A DNA stretch of 64,000 bases. It comes from Candidatus Sericytochromatia bacterium (GTDB lineage Bacteria > Cyanobacteriota > Sericytochromatia > UBA7694 > JACMQJ01). A program made the position numbers and the translations under genes. The DNA lies in NCBI GenBank assembly GCA_026004035.1, contig BPII01000001.1, positions 312 to 64,311 of the forward strand. The letters run 5' to 3'. Positions 1 through 9,707 of the stretch are shown here, one piece after another; the first letter of the stretch is position 1; every line of letters starts with the position of its first letter. The notes beneath the pieces were generated by a model, which was not told the DNA's origin, did no database searches, and saw nothing but the letters and a program-made list of their open reading frames with translations.

Positions 1-171
1 ATTGAAAACAAAACAATTAAAAAAGAAATTATTAAAAAAACTGATAATACTAATACTATTAAAAAATTAGAACAAAAACAAAATCCTATTGTGAATAAAG
101 TAGAACAAAAACAACCTGTTAATAAACAAAAGAATCAAGAAAATAAAACAAGTATAGGAGAAGGTTATTAA
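1..171 (+). CDS. 3' end of a gene that begins upstream of the window; K/N/Q-rich tail with no recognisable domain
   Basis: Frame 1 is open from base 1 to TAA at 169-171. The stop overlaps the next start codon (TAATG). Confidence 0.35.
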   Translation: MENKTIKKEIIKKTDNTNTIKKLEQKQNPIVNKVEQKQPVNKQKNQENKTSIGEGY

Positions 172-899
172 TGAAAGGTAAAATTATTATATCTTTATTT
201 ATTACACTTATAATTAGTAATAACTCTTATGCAACAAGTAGCTTCAAAGATATAGATGAAGGAAATAAAAACTATAATTCTGTAAATTTAATAGTGAATA
301 AATACAAAGTTATGTCAGGTTTTCCTGATGGAACATTTAAAGGAGAAGAAAATATTACTAGATATACATATTCTACAATAATGTTAAACACTATTGAAAT
401 ATTAAATAAAAAAATGAATGAAATAGAAGAAAAAAATATATATGATACAAATCAATCAGTATTAAATGATATTAAAATAAGTAATATTCCTGACTTTAAT
501 AAAGAACATTGGGCATATGAAAGTGCAACTACATTATTAAAAATAGGTTTAATAAAAACTTTTTCAGATAATACTTTTAGAGGAGAACAAAAAGTTGATT
601 GTTTAGGTTTTTCAATAGGTTTAGGTAGAATAATGAATATAATTTATAATTCTGCTCCTCCTGTTTTAAAAAGAAAATGGGAAAAAGAAAATAAGAAAAT
701 TACATCTATTAATGGTATTGCAAAAGATAGTCCAATATTTGAACCATTAAAAATGGCTATAGAAAATAATCTTACAGATAATAAAGATTTAAAAGAAATG
801 ATGAAACCTATTACAAGATATGAAGTTGCTGAATATTTAATTAGATTAATAGATAAATTAGAGGAAGTTAGAAAATATATTGTATTTACAAAAATTTGA
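171..899 (+). CDS. Secreted S-layer-homology (SLH) domain protein
   Basis: N-terminal signal-like hydrophobic segment (IIISLFITLIISNNSYA). Two clear SLH repeats (FKDID...VMSGFPDGTFKGEENITRYTYSTIM; FNKEHWAYESATTLLKIGLIKTFSDNTFRGEQKV) and a third partial one (KPITRYEVAEYLIRLI). Confidence 0.7.
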   Translation: MKGKIIISLFITLIISNNSYATSSFKDIDEGNKNYNSVNLIVNKYKVMSGFPDGTFKGEENITRYTYSTIMLNTIEILNKKMNEIEEKNIYDTNQSVLNDIKISNIPDFNKEHWAYESATTLLKIGLIKTFSDNTFRGEQKVDCLGFSIGLGRIMNIIYNSAPPVLKRKWEKENKKITSINGIAKDSPIFEPLKMAIENNLTDNKDLKEMMKPITRYEVAEYLIRLIDKLEEVRKYIVFTKI

Positions 900-1252
900 T
901 AAAAAAAATAATTTCAATTTTTCTAGTTATAAATTTATCTTGCACTTATAATATAAAAGAAAAAGAAGAAATATTTGAAAGACAAATATCAGAGAATAGT
1001 AATGACTTTATGATTATAGGAGATGATATAGATTATTGGGGTAATGATTCACCAAGAGGAGCAATTTTTATAATATATTCTAAGGAGAATTATTTGAATG
1101 CAATAGGTATAAAAATTCAAAGCTTTCAAGAGTTTGACAAGAGTATATTAGAGCTTGAAAAACAAATAAGCACATCTAATATTTATAATTTATATGTTTA
1201 TGGAATAAAAGAAAGAAATAGTGTTTCTATATATTCAACCTTTGATTTGTGA
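896..1252 (+). CDS. Hypothetical small exported protein (TTG start, hydrophobic N-terminus ending in Cys)
   Basis: ORF track. The TTG start overlaps the upstream TGA. N-terminus MIKKIISIFLVINLSC is signal-like, but the lipobox is weak. Confidence 0.35.
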   Translation: MIKKIISIFLVINLSCTYNIKEKEEIFERQISENSNDFMIIGDDIDYWGNDSPRGAIFIIYSKENYLNAIGIKIQSFQEFDKSILELEKQISTSNIYNLYVYGIKERNSVSIYSTFDL

Positions 1253-1583
1253 TTTTATAAATAATAATTTATATTCAGCTGAAAAGTTATTTTCACAAGA
1301 ATATATTTCTTTTAGAATAAAAGAAAGGGAATGGATATACACAAATATATATTTAGATTATAAAAAATATAATTTGTTTTTTGTTAGAATTAGTATATCT
1401 TCAGAATATTTTAATATGCTAAAAAATAGGAGTCCTGAGTTTATAAAAATACTAGCTCAAAGAAAAAATTTAAATTTAAGTAATAGAAAAAATTATATTA
1501 CTTGTACAGAAAATATTTTTTTAGAAGAAAAACATCTTGAAAATATTTACTTAAATCCTGATATAGTTTTTATGTTTAATTAA
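1221..1583 (+). CDS. Hypothetical protein; overlaps the previous ORF by 32 nt in another frame, so it may be a continuation after a frameshift
   Basis: ORF track only (GTG start). No motif recognised. Confidence 0.25.
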   Translation: MFLYIQPLICDFINNNLYSAEKLFSQEYISFRIKEREWIYTNIYLDYKKYNLFFVRISISSEYFNMLKNRSPEFIKILAQRKNLNLSNRKNYITCTENIFLEEKHLENIYLNPDIVFMFN

Positions 1584-1585
1584 GT

Positions 1586-2779
1586 TTAGTCAAAAATACT
1601 TGATGGACCAGTTTTATTTTCTTGATTATTACTACTTTGATTATTATTAAACTCATTTCTATTTTCAACTTGTTTTGATTTAAATCTTTTTTTAGCTTGT
1701 TTATTAAGCATTTCAAGTAATTGTTTTTGTTGTTTTTCTTTCATCAATTTTAATATAATTTGTGCTACTGCTGTATAAAATTCTGGTGGTATTGGCTTAT
1801 CTATAACACATACAGGATACATAGCTCTAGCAAGTTCCCTATCTTCAAAAATTGGTATATCATGTTTTATAGCAAGTTCTTTTATTAAAAGTGCCATAGT
1901 ATCTTCACCTTTAGTAGTAACAACAGGTGCTTCATCATTTTGAGGATCATACCTTAAAGCTATTGCATAGTGAGTTGGATTAGATACAACAGCACTAGAT
2001 TGAGGCACTGCTTGTCTTACTTGTCCTCTAGCAATTTGTCTTTGTTTTTGTCTTTGTTTTGCTTTAATATGTGGATCACCTTCTGTTTGCTTGTACTCAT
2101 CTTTTACCTCTTGTTTAGACATTTTCAAAGATTTTTCAAACTCATATCTTTGATAAAAATAATCTAAAGATGCAATTATTACCATAGCACCAGCTACTTT
2201 TTTTGCTATTTTTAAAACTAATTCGCCAACTAATACAAATGATGCTTCAGGTGGTTCTCTTATTAATCCTATAATATGACCTATGTTATCTCGTATAACA
2301 GTATAAGCAACCCAACCTATAATTAAAGTTTTTATGAAACTCTTAACAAGTTCTACAAGAGATTTCATAGAAAAAACTCTTTTAAAACCTTTTATAGGAT
2401 TTATTTTATTTAAGTCAGGCTTAAGAGTTTTTGTTGTAAATAAAATACCTACTTGTAATAATTCAACAAGTGCAGCTGTAACATATACAGCAAACATTAT
2501 TGGTAAAACACAAAAAAGAGTGATAAGTAAAAATCTTACACCATATTTTAATGTTATTGGAACTGTTAAATCAACATAAGGTAATTCTTGTATTGTTTGT
2601 GTAAATAATTTAAATAAATTAATATATATTTGCTTACCAAACCAACTTAAAGAGTAAGCAGAAATTAATACAAGTGCTGCTGTATTAACTTCTTTACTCT
2701 TTAAAACTTGCCCTTTTTCTCTAGCTTCTCTTCTACGCTTGGGCGTCGGTTCTTCCGTTTTTTCGCTATCGTCTGCCAA
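1586..2779 (-). CDS. flhB: Type III secretion export-apparatus switch protein, FlhB/SctU family
   Basis: Family-typical N-terminus EKTEEPTPKRRREAREKGQVLKSKEV. Four hydrophobic segments. Autocleavage motif NPTH (VVSNPTHYAIALRY). N/Q/K-rich C-terminal tail. Confidence 0.85.
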   Translation of the reverse strand: MADDSEKTEEPTPKRRREAREKGQVLKSKEVNTAALVLISAYSLSWFGKQIYINLFKLFTQTIQELPYVDLTVPITLKYGVRFLLITLFCVLPIMFAVYVTAALVELLQVGILFTTKTLKPDLNKINPIKGFKRVFSMKSLVELVKSFIKTLIIGWVAYTVIRDNIGHIIGLIREPPEASFVLVGELVLKIAKKVAGAMVIIASLDYFYQRYEFEKSLKMSKQEVKDEYKQTEGDPHIKAKQRQKQRQIARGQVRQAVPQSSAVVSNPTHYAIALRYDPQNDEAPVVTTKGEDTMALLIKELAIKHDIPIFEDRELARAMYPVCVIDKPIPPEFYTAVAQIILKLMKEKQQKQLLEMLNKQAKKRFKSKQVENRNEFNNNQSSNNQENKTGPSSIFD

Positions 2780-2916
2780 CTAAACACCTAAACAAATATA
2801 TATAATAATTTTATCATTTTTTAGAATTAAGAAATAGTTTTTTGATTTATTTTATAATAACAAGTTTATGTTAAAAAGAATTATAATTAAATTATAATTA
2901 AATATTTTATTATGTT

Positions 2917-5382
2917 ATGGCTTCTGTTGGTAATAATAATCTTTTTGTTAATGAAAACGTAAATAAAGTTAGTAAATCAAGGTTAGATTTACTAAACAAA
3001 ACTGAAAATAAATTACAAAATGATAAAAATGATACATTGTTAGTAGTTAATAAGATATCTAAAAAAGCTATTCCTAATACTATTTTTATTGATAGTAAGA
3101 AATCTTCTATTGAAGATATAAAAAAGTTTGAATATTTATATAATCATTTAGCAAATAATTTTGAAGATAGAGTTACAAATAATGATGTTAGTAATTTATT
3201 ATCAATTCTTTTAATTGATAATATAAGAAGTGTAGCTAATGACCAACAAAAAGTAAAATTACTTGTAAGAGCAACTCAAAAACTAGATTCCGTTAGTGAT
3301 AAAAGTATTAAAGATAACTTGTTAAAAGGCATAGATAATATAATAGAAGACTTTAAAAAAGATAATAAAATGGATAAATTAATACAATTTTTATTCTTGG
3401 AAATGTCAAATACAGGAGTAATTATCTCAAGAGTAGATGATTGGGGAGCAAGAAAATTTTCTCAAAACGATAAATTATTAAATGCTACCAATCCATCACA
3501 AAAAGCTAATTTAATATATCAATTAAAATTTGGCTATACTTCAGATAAGGACCAAGAAGCAATTTTAAGAATACTTGATAATGCTGTAAAAAATAATCAA
3601 TTAAAAAATCTTATGGCTAGCTGGAGTGATGGACTTGATTTTACAGCTTCATCTCTAGATGCTATGTATTCTGATATTTCATCTGAAAGAAGGGTCAAGT
3701 TTCTTGAAATAATAGACAAAGGTATGAAAAATGAGAAAATATTACCAGAAGTTATGAAAGAACTTTACGGAGCAAATACAATTCTTAATGATTTAGAAAA
3801 ACTAAAAATAGCTAAAAATTTAGAATCACAAGGAAAATATAAAGAAGCATCTGTAATTTATAGTTCTTTATCTGATTATTCTAAAACAAAGGAATTGTTA
3901 GAAAAGCAAGGAAATAAAGATTTAAATTCTAAAAACTATTTAAGCTTATTTAGTAATTTTATAGATTATTCTAAAGTAAAGTTTAAAGAAAATGTTTCTA
4001 AATCAATTGACTTACTAGCTTTACCTAAGAGTAGTAATGCTTTTATATCAACATCATCACATTTAAGTGATAAAATTGATTCTTTATTAAAAGATTTTCC
4101 TCTTTTACAATCTAAAAATATAATGGAAATTCAAGAAAAAAGAGATTCTCAATTAAAAAAGCTTGAAAAAATTGAGGTAAAAAAATTAACTCCTCAAGAA
4201 AAGATTCAAAATAAAATTTTATTAGATAAAAAGATAGATGAACTAACTGGAACAAGATCAGTAGATGGTAATAGAATAAAACTTTTACTAGATGGAAAAG
4301 AAGCATTTGAAAGAATAAAAGAGCGGATAAATAATGCAAAAGAAAGTATATATATAGATGTTTATTTATTTTATGATGATCCTAAAGGCCATGAAATAGC
4401 TGATATGTTGATAAAAAAAGCTAATGAAGGCTTGGATGTTAGAGTAATAATAGATGGTCCAGGTAATCTAGCACATGGAAAAATTATAAGTAAGCTTAAA
4501 AATAGTAAGGTTCAATTTTATAAATATAGAGGTTCTTATCATGATCCGATTACAAATAGAGGACAAGTGGGAAATCATAGAAAATTATATATATTTGATA
4601 AAAAGACAGCAATGACAGGCGGTATAAATTTAGGTGAAAAATATTTAAAAGAAGGAAAATGGCATGATTTACTTGTTGAAGTAGAGGGACCAATAATGAG
4701 TGATACACTAAAAGATTTTTATAAAAAATGGTCTTTTACAACAGGAAAACCTTTAGAATGGACACCACCACCAACAGCTTATAAAAAATTTGATGACAAA
4801 AATTTGAATGAAGGTAATTTTAACTTCGATAGCACAGCAAAATTAAGACTTATAACAACCTCACCAAGTGAAAAAAGAAAAGATATAAGAACTTGGATGC
4901 TAGAAGCAATAAAAAATGCAAAAGAAAGAGTATATATTCAAGATCCATATTTTAATGATCCTGATATAATAAAAGAACTTAAAAACGCTATTAATAGAGG
5001 TGTCAAAGTTCAAATTATATTACCAAATGCAAATGATGTTCATATAATGAAACATATAGGGGACTATGTTGCTGATGAATTGTATGCTGAAGGTGCTGAT
5101 GTTTATATTTACAATACAAGTGGAAAAGAAAGTTTTAATCATCTTAAAGCTACTATTGTAGATGATTTGATTTCAGTTGGTTCAGCTAATAAAGATATGA
5201 GAGCAATGAATACAAATGAAGAAATAAACTATGTAATAGATGACAAAAAATTTACAGAAATTTTTATAAAAAGAGTTTGGGAAAATGATATTAAAAACTC
5301 CACTCAATATAGACCTGTTCCTGATAATGTTTTAAAAAGATTAATAAAACAAACTTTTAAAGAAATACCTTCAATGTTTTAA
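2917..5382 (+). CDS. Large phospholipase D / cardiolipin-synthase-like (HKD) family protein with an unassigned N-terminal region of about 450 residues
   Basis: Two HxKxxxxD motifs with the trailing G-x-N: HRKLYIFDKKTAMTGGINLG and HLKATIVDDLISVGSANKD. The N-terminal half has no recognisable motif. Confidence 0.8.
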   Translation: MASVGNNNLFVNENVNKVSKSRLDLLNKTENKLQNDKNDTLLVVNKISKKAIPNTIFIDSKKSSIEDIKKFEYLYNHLANNFEDRVTNNDVSNLLSILLIDNIRSVANDQQKVKLLVRATQKLDSVSDKSIKDNLLKGIDNIIEDFKKDNKMDKLIQFLFLEMSNTGVIISRVDDWGARKFSQNDKLLNATNPSQKANLIYQLKFGYTSDKDQEAILRILDNAVKNNQLKNLMASWSDGLDFTASSLDAMYSDISSERRVKFLEIIDKGMKNEKILPEVMKELYGANTILNDLEKLKIAKNLESQGKYKEASVIYSSLSDYSKTKELLEKQGNKDLNSKNYLSLFSNFIDYSKVKFKENVSKSIDLLALPKSSNAFISTSSHLSDKIDSLLKDFPLLQSKNIMEIQEKRDSQLKKLEKIEVKKLTPQEKIQNKILLDKKIDELTGTRSVDGNRIKLLLDGKEAFERIKERINNAKESIYIDVYLFYDDPKGHEIADMLIKKANEGLDVRVIIDGPGNLAHGKIISKLKNSKVQFYKYRGSYHDPITNRGQVGNHRKLYIFDKKTAMTGGINLGEKYLKEGKWHDLLVEVEGPIMSDTLKDFYKKWSFTTGKPLEWTPPPTAYKKFDDKNLNEGNFNFDSTAKLRLITTSPSEKRKDIRTWMLEAIKNAKERVYIQDPYFNDPDIIKELKNAINRGVKVQIILPNANDVHIMKHIGDYVADELYAEGADVYIYNTSGKESFNHLKATIVDDLISVGSANKDMRAMNTNEEINYVIDDKKFTEIFIKRVWENDIKNSTQYRPVPDNVLKRLIKQTFKEIPSMF

Positions 5383-6014
5383 TGTTTAAAAGTTTTTATT
5401 ATAAAGAATTTCTTAATGTTTTTTCACTAAATTACATTAATAAACTTAAAGAAAATATCTTAAACTCCCCTTACTTAACAAAAAACCATTTAAATTATAA
5501 TTTTAATTCAACATTAGGCTTTTCAGTTGTTTTTAAAAAGAATAAAATAGATTACGCTATTTCTAAATTTCCTTACTTTGATGAATATATAAAAAAGATT
5601 TTTGATAAAAATATCAGTATTTATTACTTAAACCCTTTGGTAATACCAATAAACGGTAAAGTTGGAAAACATATAGACTATAGTTTAAATACGTATTGTT
5701 ATAATATAAATTTTCCAAAAAAAGTTAGTGTTCTTTATATTAGTTGCAAAAATATTAATGGTGGTAACTTAAATCTTATAAAGAGAAATAAAATTATAGC
5801 TACAATTGAACCTTTAGAAAATAAACTAGTTATATTTAAAGGAAATTTAAAGCATGAAGTAACTAAAGTCATAAATTTGGATGAAAATTATAGAATAAGT
5901 TTAGTTTGTGAAATGTATAATGTTAGTGATAGTAATTTAGAAAAAATACCTGATTTTTTCATAAGATCAAAAGCAAGCTTTAAAACTTTTTTAGAGCAAG
6001 AAGTTAAGGAATAA
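5382..6014 (+). CDS. Probable 2OG-Fe(II) oxygenase (prolyl-4-hydroxylase-like) protein
   Basis: HxD...H...RxS pattern: GKHIDYS, LVIFKGNLKHEVTKV, YRISLV. The start overlaps the PLD stop (TAATG). Confidence 0.5.
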   Translation: MFKSFYYKEFLNVFSLNYINKLKENILNSPYLTKNHLNYNFNSTLGFSVVFKKNKIDYAISKFPYFDEYIKKIFDKNISIYYLNPLVIPINGKVGKHIDYSLNTYCYNINFPKKVSVLYISCKNINGGNLNLIKRNKIIATIEPLENKLVIFKGNLKHEVTKVINLDENYRISLVCEMYNVSDSNLEKIPDFFIRSKASFKTFLEQEVKE

Positions 6015-6186
6015 AATAAAAATTTATGATAAAATCCTTCTCTTTTATATGTAAATTAATACCAAATAAACCTTATTAAAATTATTGTAATATGGTAAAT
6101 TAGTAAAATATAATGTTTCTAAAAAGTTGAATTTTTATTAAAGTCTGAAAACTACTTTTAAAAAGTCTGAATTTATTATTTTTATA

Positions 6187-6195
6187 TGTTACAAT
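6187..6195 (+). promoter_or_regulatory. Candidate extended -10 promoter element (TGtTACAAT)
   Basis: Sequence tgttacaat lies 87 nt upstream of the ATG at 6282, in a 267-bp intergenic region. Confidence 0.3.
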
Positions 6196-6281
6196 GAAGA
6201 AATATTGTTTGTTAAAAATATTTTCATAAATAATCTTTGTTTATTTTAAATTTTAAATAAAAAAATGCAAAACAATTTTAT

Positions 6282-7004
6282 ATGAAAGAAAAAATAAAGA
6301 AAAAGTTTAATTTAATTTTTACTATAATAATATTCTCTTTTATTATATTTTTAATATCTTTTTTAATAAGCAAATTAATATTTTTAATTTTACCTGATAA
6401 TGTAAAACAATTCTTAAGTATTTTGAATAAAGAAGATTTGAAAGAATTACTAAATGAGGCAAAATTATATTTAAATAATTCCTACTTAATTTTTATTATT
6501 TTACAAATCTCACAAGTTATATTGGTACCAATACCTGGTCAAATAGTCGGCATACTAGGAGGATTTATTTTCGGATTTATAAAAGGTTTAACACTAACTA
6601 TGATAGGTATTACTATAGGTTCTTTAGTATCGTTGCTAATAGGAAGATATTTTAGTAAGATTTTACCTAAAATACTATCAAAAGAATTAATTAAAAAATT
6701 TGAGTTTTTAGTAGAAAATTCTAACTTAAGCACTTTTTTTATAATATTTCTATTACCAGCATTTCCTGATGATGCTATATGTTTTATAGCTGGATTAACA
6801 AGATTAAATTTACTAAAGCTTTTATTAGTTAGTTTTTTAGGAAGATTACCAGGAATGGCATTATTAACTTTTCTAGGTTCAAGTATTGATTCTAATTTAA
6901 CCTATTCATATATAATTTTCTCTATTTTTGTAATAATATCTTTTTTTATTTGGCTTTTTGATAAGGAGTTAAAAAACTACTTTTTAAAGTTTATAGAAAA
7001 ATAA
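6282..7004 (+). CDS. TVP38/TMEM64 (DedA-related, SNARE-associated) family membrane protein
   Basis: Polytopic membrane protein with family-typical segments PIPGQIVGILGGFIFGF and LLPAFPDDAICFIAGLT. Confidence 0.75.
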   Translation: MKEKIKKKFNLIFTIIIFSFIIFLISFLISKLIFLILPDNVKQFLSILNKEDLKELLNEAKLYLNNSYLIFIILQISQVILVPIPGQIVGILGGFIFGFIKGLTLTMIGITIGSLVSLLIGRYFSKILPKILSKELIKKFEFLVENSNLSTFFIIFLLPAFPDDAICFIAGLTRLNLLKLLLVSFLGRLPGMALLTFLGSSIDSNLTYSYIIFSIFVIISFFIWLFDKELKNYFLKFIEK

Positions 7005-7067
7005 ATTGAATTAAAAAAACAAAAGTAAAGTTTATAACAAAATGTTTTCATGATAAACTCTTAAAAT

Positions 7068-8894
7068 ATGAAAAACAATAATATTTATTTTAATATAGAT
7101 GAAAAAGGTATTGGATATCTAATATTCGATTTTAAAAAAAATGATAATGTCTTTGATTATAATATTTTAATAGAATTTGAAGAATTACTTAAAGAAATAT
7201 CAAGAAATATAAATATAAAAGTTTTAATTTTAAAAAGTAATAAAGATAATTTTATTTTAGGGTATGATTTAAATGAATTAAAAAAAATAGAATATTTTAA
7301 TGAAGCTAAAAATTTATCAGATAAAGTAAAATCTGTTTTAAACAAGCTTTCTAATTTAAGATTTACAACAATATCTTTAGTAAATGGTAAATGTCTAGGC
7401 ATAGGTGTAGAAATATTTTTATCAACCGATTATAGAATAATGTCTGAAAAATCATATTTACAGCTTTATGAAAATTTTTTTAAATTGTCTGCATTAGGTG
7501 GTATAAATATTTTACTTCCTAGAATAATAGGCTTAGAAAATTCCATAAAATTTTTATTAGGAGAAAAAATTTATCCAGAAAAAGCAATTAAATTAAGACT
7601 TATACAAGAAATAATACCTAATTATAGTATAGATTATTTACCTTATAAAATAGCTCTTAATTATTGTAATAAATCAAAATATATTTCTGAAAACTTTCAC
7701 TCACTTAAGGATGTCGTCATAGAAGAAACAAATTTAGGTCAAAAGTATTTACTAAATAAGTTTGAAAATAATAATAATAAAAAGTTTATAGAATTTATTA
7801 TAAATTCATACAATTTACCAATTGATAAGGCTTTAGAAGAAGATTCTCTTTTTTTTGCTCAATTATGTGAAAGTAAATCTCCAAAAAATATAATTGATTT
7901 TTATTTTATAGAAGAAAAACAATTTATTAAAACTACTCATGAAATAAAAAAAATAGCAATTATAAACATAGATACATTAAATAAATCTTTTTATATAGAT
8001 ATTATTAAAAATAATTTTAATGTTAGATTGATAGATGATTATAATAAAATATCTTTTCTTCAAAAAGATTTATCTAATATATTCGGTAAGAAAAATTTAA
8101 TAAATAAACTTTCTTATTCTGAAGATTGTAGTTATTTAAAATCATCGGATTTAATTTTTTTAAGTGATATTAATTCTATAAATAAAATAGATATAGATGA
8201 TTATAATTTAGTTTTATTTAACAATATACAAAATCTTAGTAAAGATGAAATAATAACTAATTATAAATATCCTAAACTTATATTTCCAATATCAATAAAT
8301 AATAATTTAATTGAGATTATTATAAATAATAATTCACTAGAAAAAAATATTAATAAAGTAATTTCATTTTTTAAATGTTTAAATAAGAAAACTATTATCT
8401 GTAATAACTTTTTTGTAAAAAAAATATTAATTAGCTATTTAGAGGAGATTTTATCATTATATCAAGAAAATTATAATCCTTATGAAGTAGATTTAATAGT
8501 TAAAAATTTTGGATTTAAAAATTCTCCTTTAGAAATTTTAAAAAAAAGTAATTTTCTAGGTAAAGAATTAAATATAATCTATAACAAAAAAGATTACAAA
8601 GAAATAGAAAGTATAGATATTATTAAGAATAGAATAGTTTTTTCTATATTAAAAGCTTCTATTGAATGTTTAGAAAATAGATTTGTAGATAGCTATCAAA
8701 TTATTGATTTAGCACTAGTATATGGATTAGGTTTTCCTATTCATTTAGGCGGTATTTTTAAATATATAGATGATATGACAATAGAAGAAACAGTAAAAAA
8801 TTTTGAATATTTAAATAAAAGATATGGCGATAGATTTACTACTCCTAATTTATTATTAAAAATGAAAGACAATAAAGAAACTTTTTATAAATGA
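7068..8894 (+). CDS. FadB/FadJ-like fusion (enoyl-CoA hydratase + 3-hydroxyacyl-CoA dehydrogenase); the dehydrogenase half looks degenerate
   Basis: Crotonase-like N-terminus (LVNGKCLGIGVEIFLSTDYRI; LYENFFKLSALGGINILLPRIIG). HCDH C-terminal domain (IDLALVYGLGFPIHLGGIFKYIDD). The expected GxGxxG site reads IAIINIDTLNKSF. Confidence 0.6.
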   Translation: MKNNNIYFNIDEKGIGYLIFDFKKNDNVFDYNILIEFEELLKEISRNINIKVLILKSNKDNFILGYDLNELKKIEYFNEAKNLSDKVKSVLNKLSNLRFTTISLVNGKCLGIGVEIFLSTDYRIMSEKSYLQLYENFFKLSALGGINILLPRIIGLENSIKFLLGEKIYPEKAIKLRLIQEIIPNYSIDYLPYKIALNYCNKSKYISENFHSLKDVVIEETNLGQKYLLNKFENNNNKKFIEFIINSYNLPIDKALEEDSLFFAQLCESKSPKNIIDFYFIEEKQFIKTTHEIKKIAIINIDTLNKSFYIDIIKNNFNVRLIDDYNKISFLQKDLSNIFGKKNLINKLSYSEDCSYLKSSDLIFLSDINSINKIDIDDYNLVLFNNIQNLSKDEIITNYKYPKLIFPISINNNLIEIIINNNSLEKNINKVISFFKCLNKKTIICNNFFVKKILISYLEEILSLYQENYNPYEVDLIVKNFGFKNSPLEILKKSNFLGKELNIIYNKKDYKEIESIDIIKNRIVFSILKASIECLENRFVDSYQIIDLALVYGLGFPIHLGGIFKYIDDMTIEETVKNFEYLNKRYGDRFTTPNLLLKMKDNKETFYK

Positions 8895-9697
8895 TACGTT
8901 TTTTAATATCACTATTTTTATCTATTTTATTACATATATATTTTTTTTCTTTTATTAAAATAAATACTTATCAAAAAAAAACTAATATTGATAAAAAAAT
9001 TCAGATTGTTTATATAAAAAAAAAAGAAGCTATTATAAAAAAAAGTGTAACTGAAATTTCAAAATCAACTAATTCTATTCAAGTAAATAAAAAGGAAGTA
9101 AAGTCAGTAAAAAAAAATGTTTTAAAAAAAAATAATAAGCAAGTAGTAAAAAAAGAAATAAAAAGAAAAATAGTTGATAAAACAAAACTTATAAATAAAT
9201 ATGATGATGAAATCCAAAAAAAGATAGAAATTTTGAGAAAAAATTCTTATTTTAAAAATTGGTCAGATGAAAGGTTAAAAAAATTAGAGTTACCACCAGG
9301 TATGAAAAGTTGGGATGAAGTAGAAAAAATGACTAAGTACTTAGATACTCAATACAATTGGCTTTATACTCCACCAAACTTAGGTAATAATGAAAATAAT
9401 AAAGTAACTTGGAAAGAATTTAATATAAAAGATAATATTCAAATAAGATTTATTTTTGAAAATACTATTTTTATAGCTGAATTTTATAAAGAAAATAATA
9501 TTGTATTTATTACTTATTTTCCTAAAAAAGAATACATGAGTATAAATGAAAATCTTGATATACCTAATAATATAAAAGACGAAGATATAAACTATTTTCA
9601 ATTTGAAATGACAAATGAGTTAAATAATGAGCAAAATAAGAATATTATTATTTCTGAATATATAAATAAAATCATTGATTTTTATAAAAATAATTAA
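8891..9697 (+). CDS. Hypothetical membrane-anchored protein (N-terminal TM, Lys-rich linker, C-terminal domain)
   Basis: ORF track. Start overlaps the upstream stop (ATGA). One N-terminal hydrophobic helix, then a KK-rich stretch. Confidence 0.45.
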   Translation: MIRFLISLFLSILLHIYFFSFIKINTYQKKTNIDKKIQIVYIKKKEAIIKKSVTEISKSTNSIQVNKKEVKSVKKNVLKKNNKQVVKKEIKRKIVDKTKLINKYDDEIQKKIEILRKNSYFKNWSDERLKKLELPPGMKSWDEVEKMTKYLDTQYNWLYTPPNLGNNENNKVTWKEFNIKDNIQIRFIFENTIFIAEFYKENNIVFITYFPKKEYMSINENLDIPNNIKDEDINYFQFEMTNELNNEQNKNIIISEYINKIIDFYKNN

Positions 9698-9707
9698 AAA
9701 ATTTTTT

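Noticed and set aside
896-1583. Merging ORFs 896-1252 and 1221-1583 into one frameshifted gene
   Set aside because: They overlap in different frames, but there is no homopolymer at the junction and no recognisable domain spanning it. The evidence is insufficient, so they are kept as two low-confidence ORFs.
1970-2579. Plus-strand ORFs 1970-2167 and 2334-2579
   Set aside because: They lie entirely antisense within the well-supported flhB gene. The translations are low-complexity and typical of AT-rich antisense frames.
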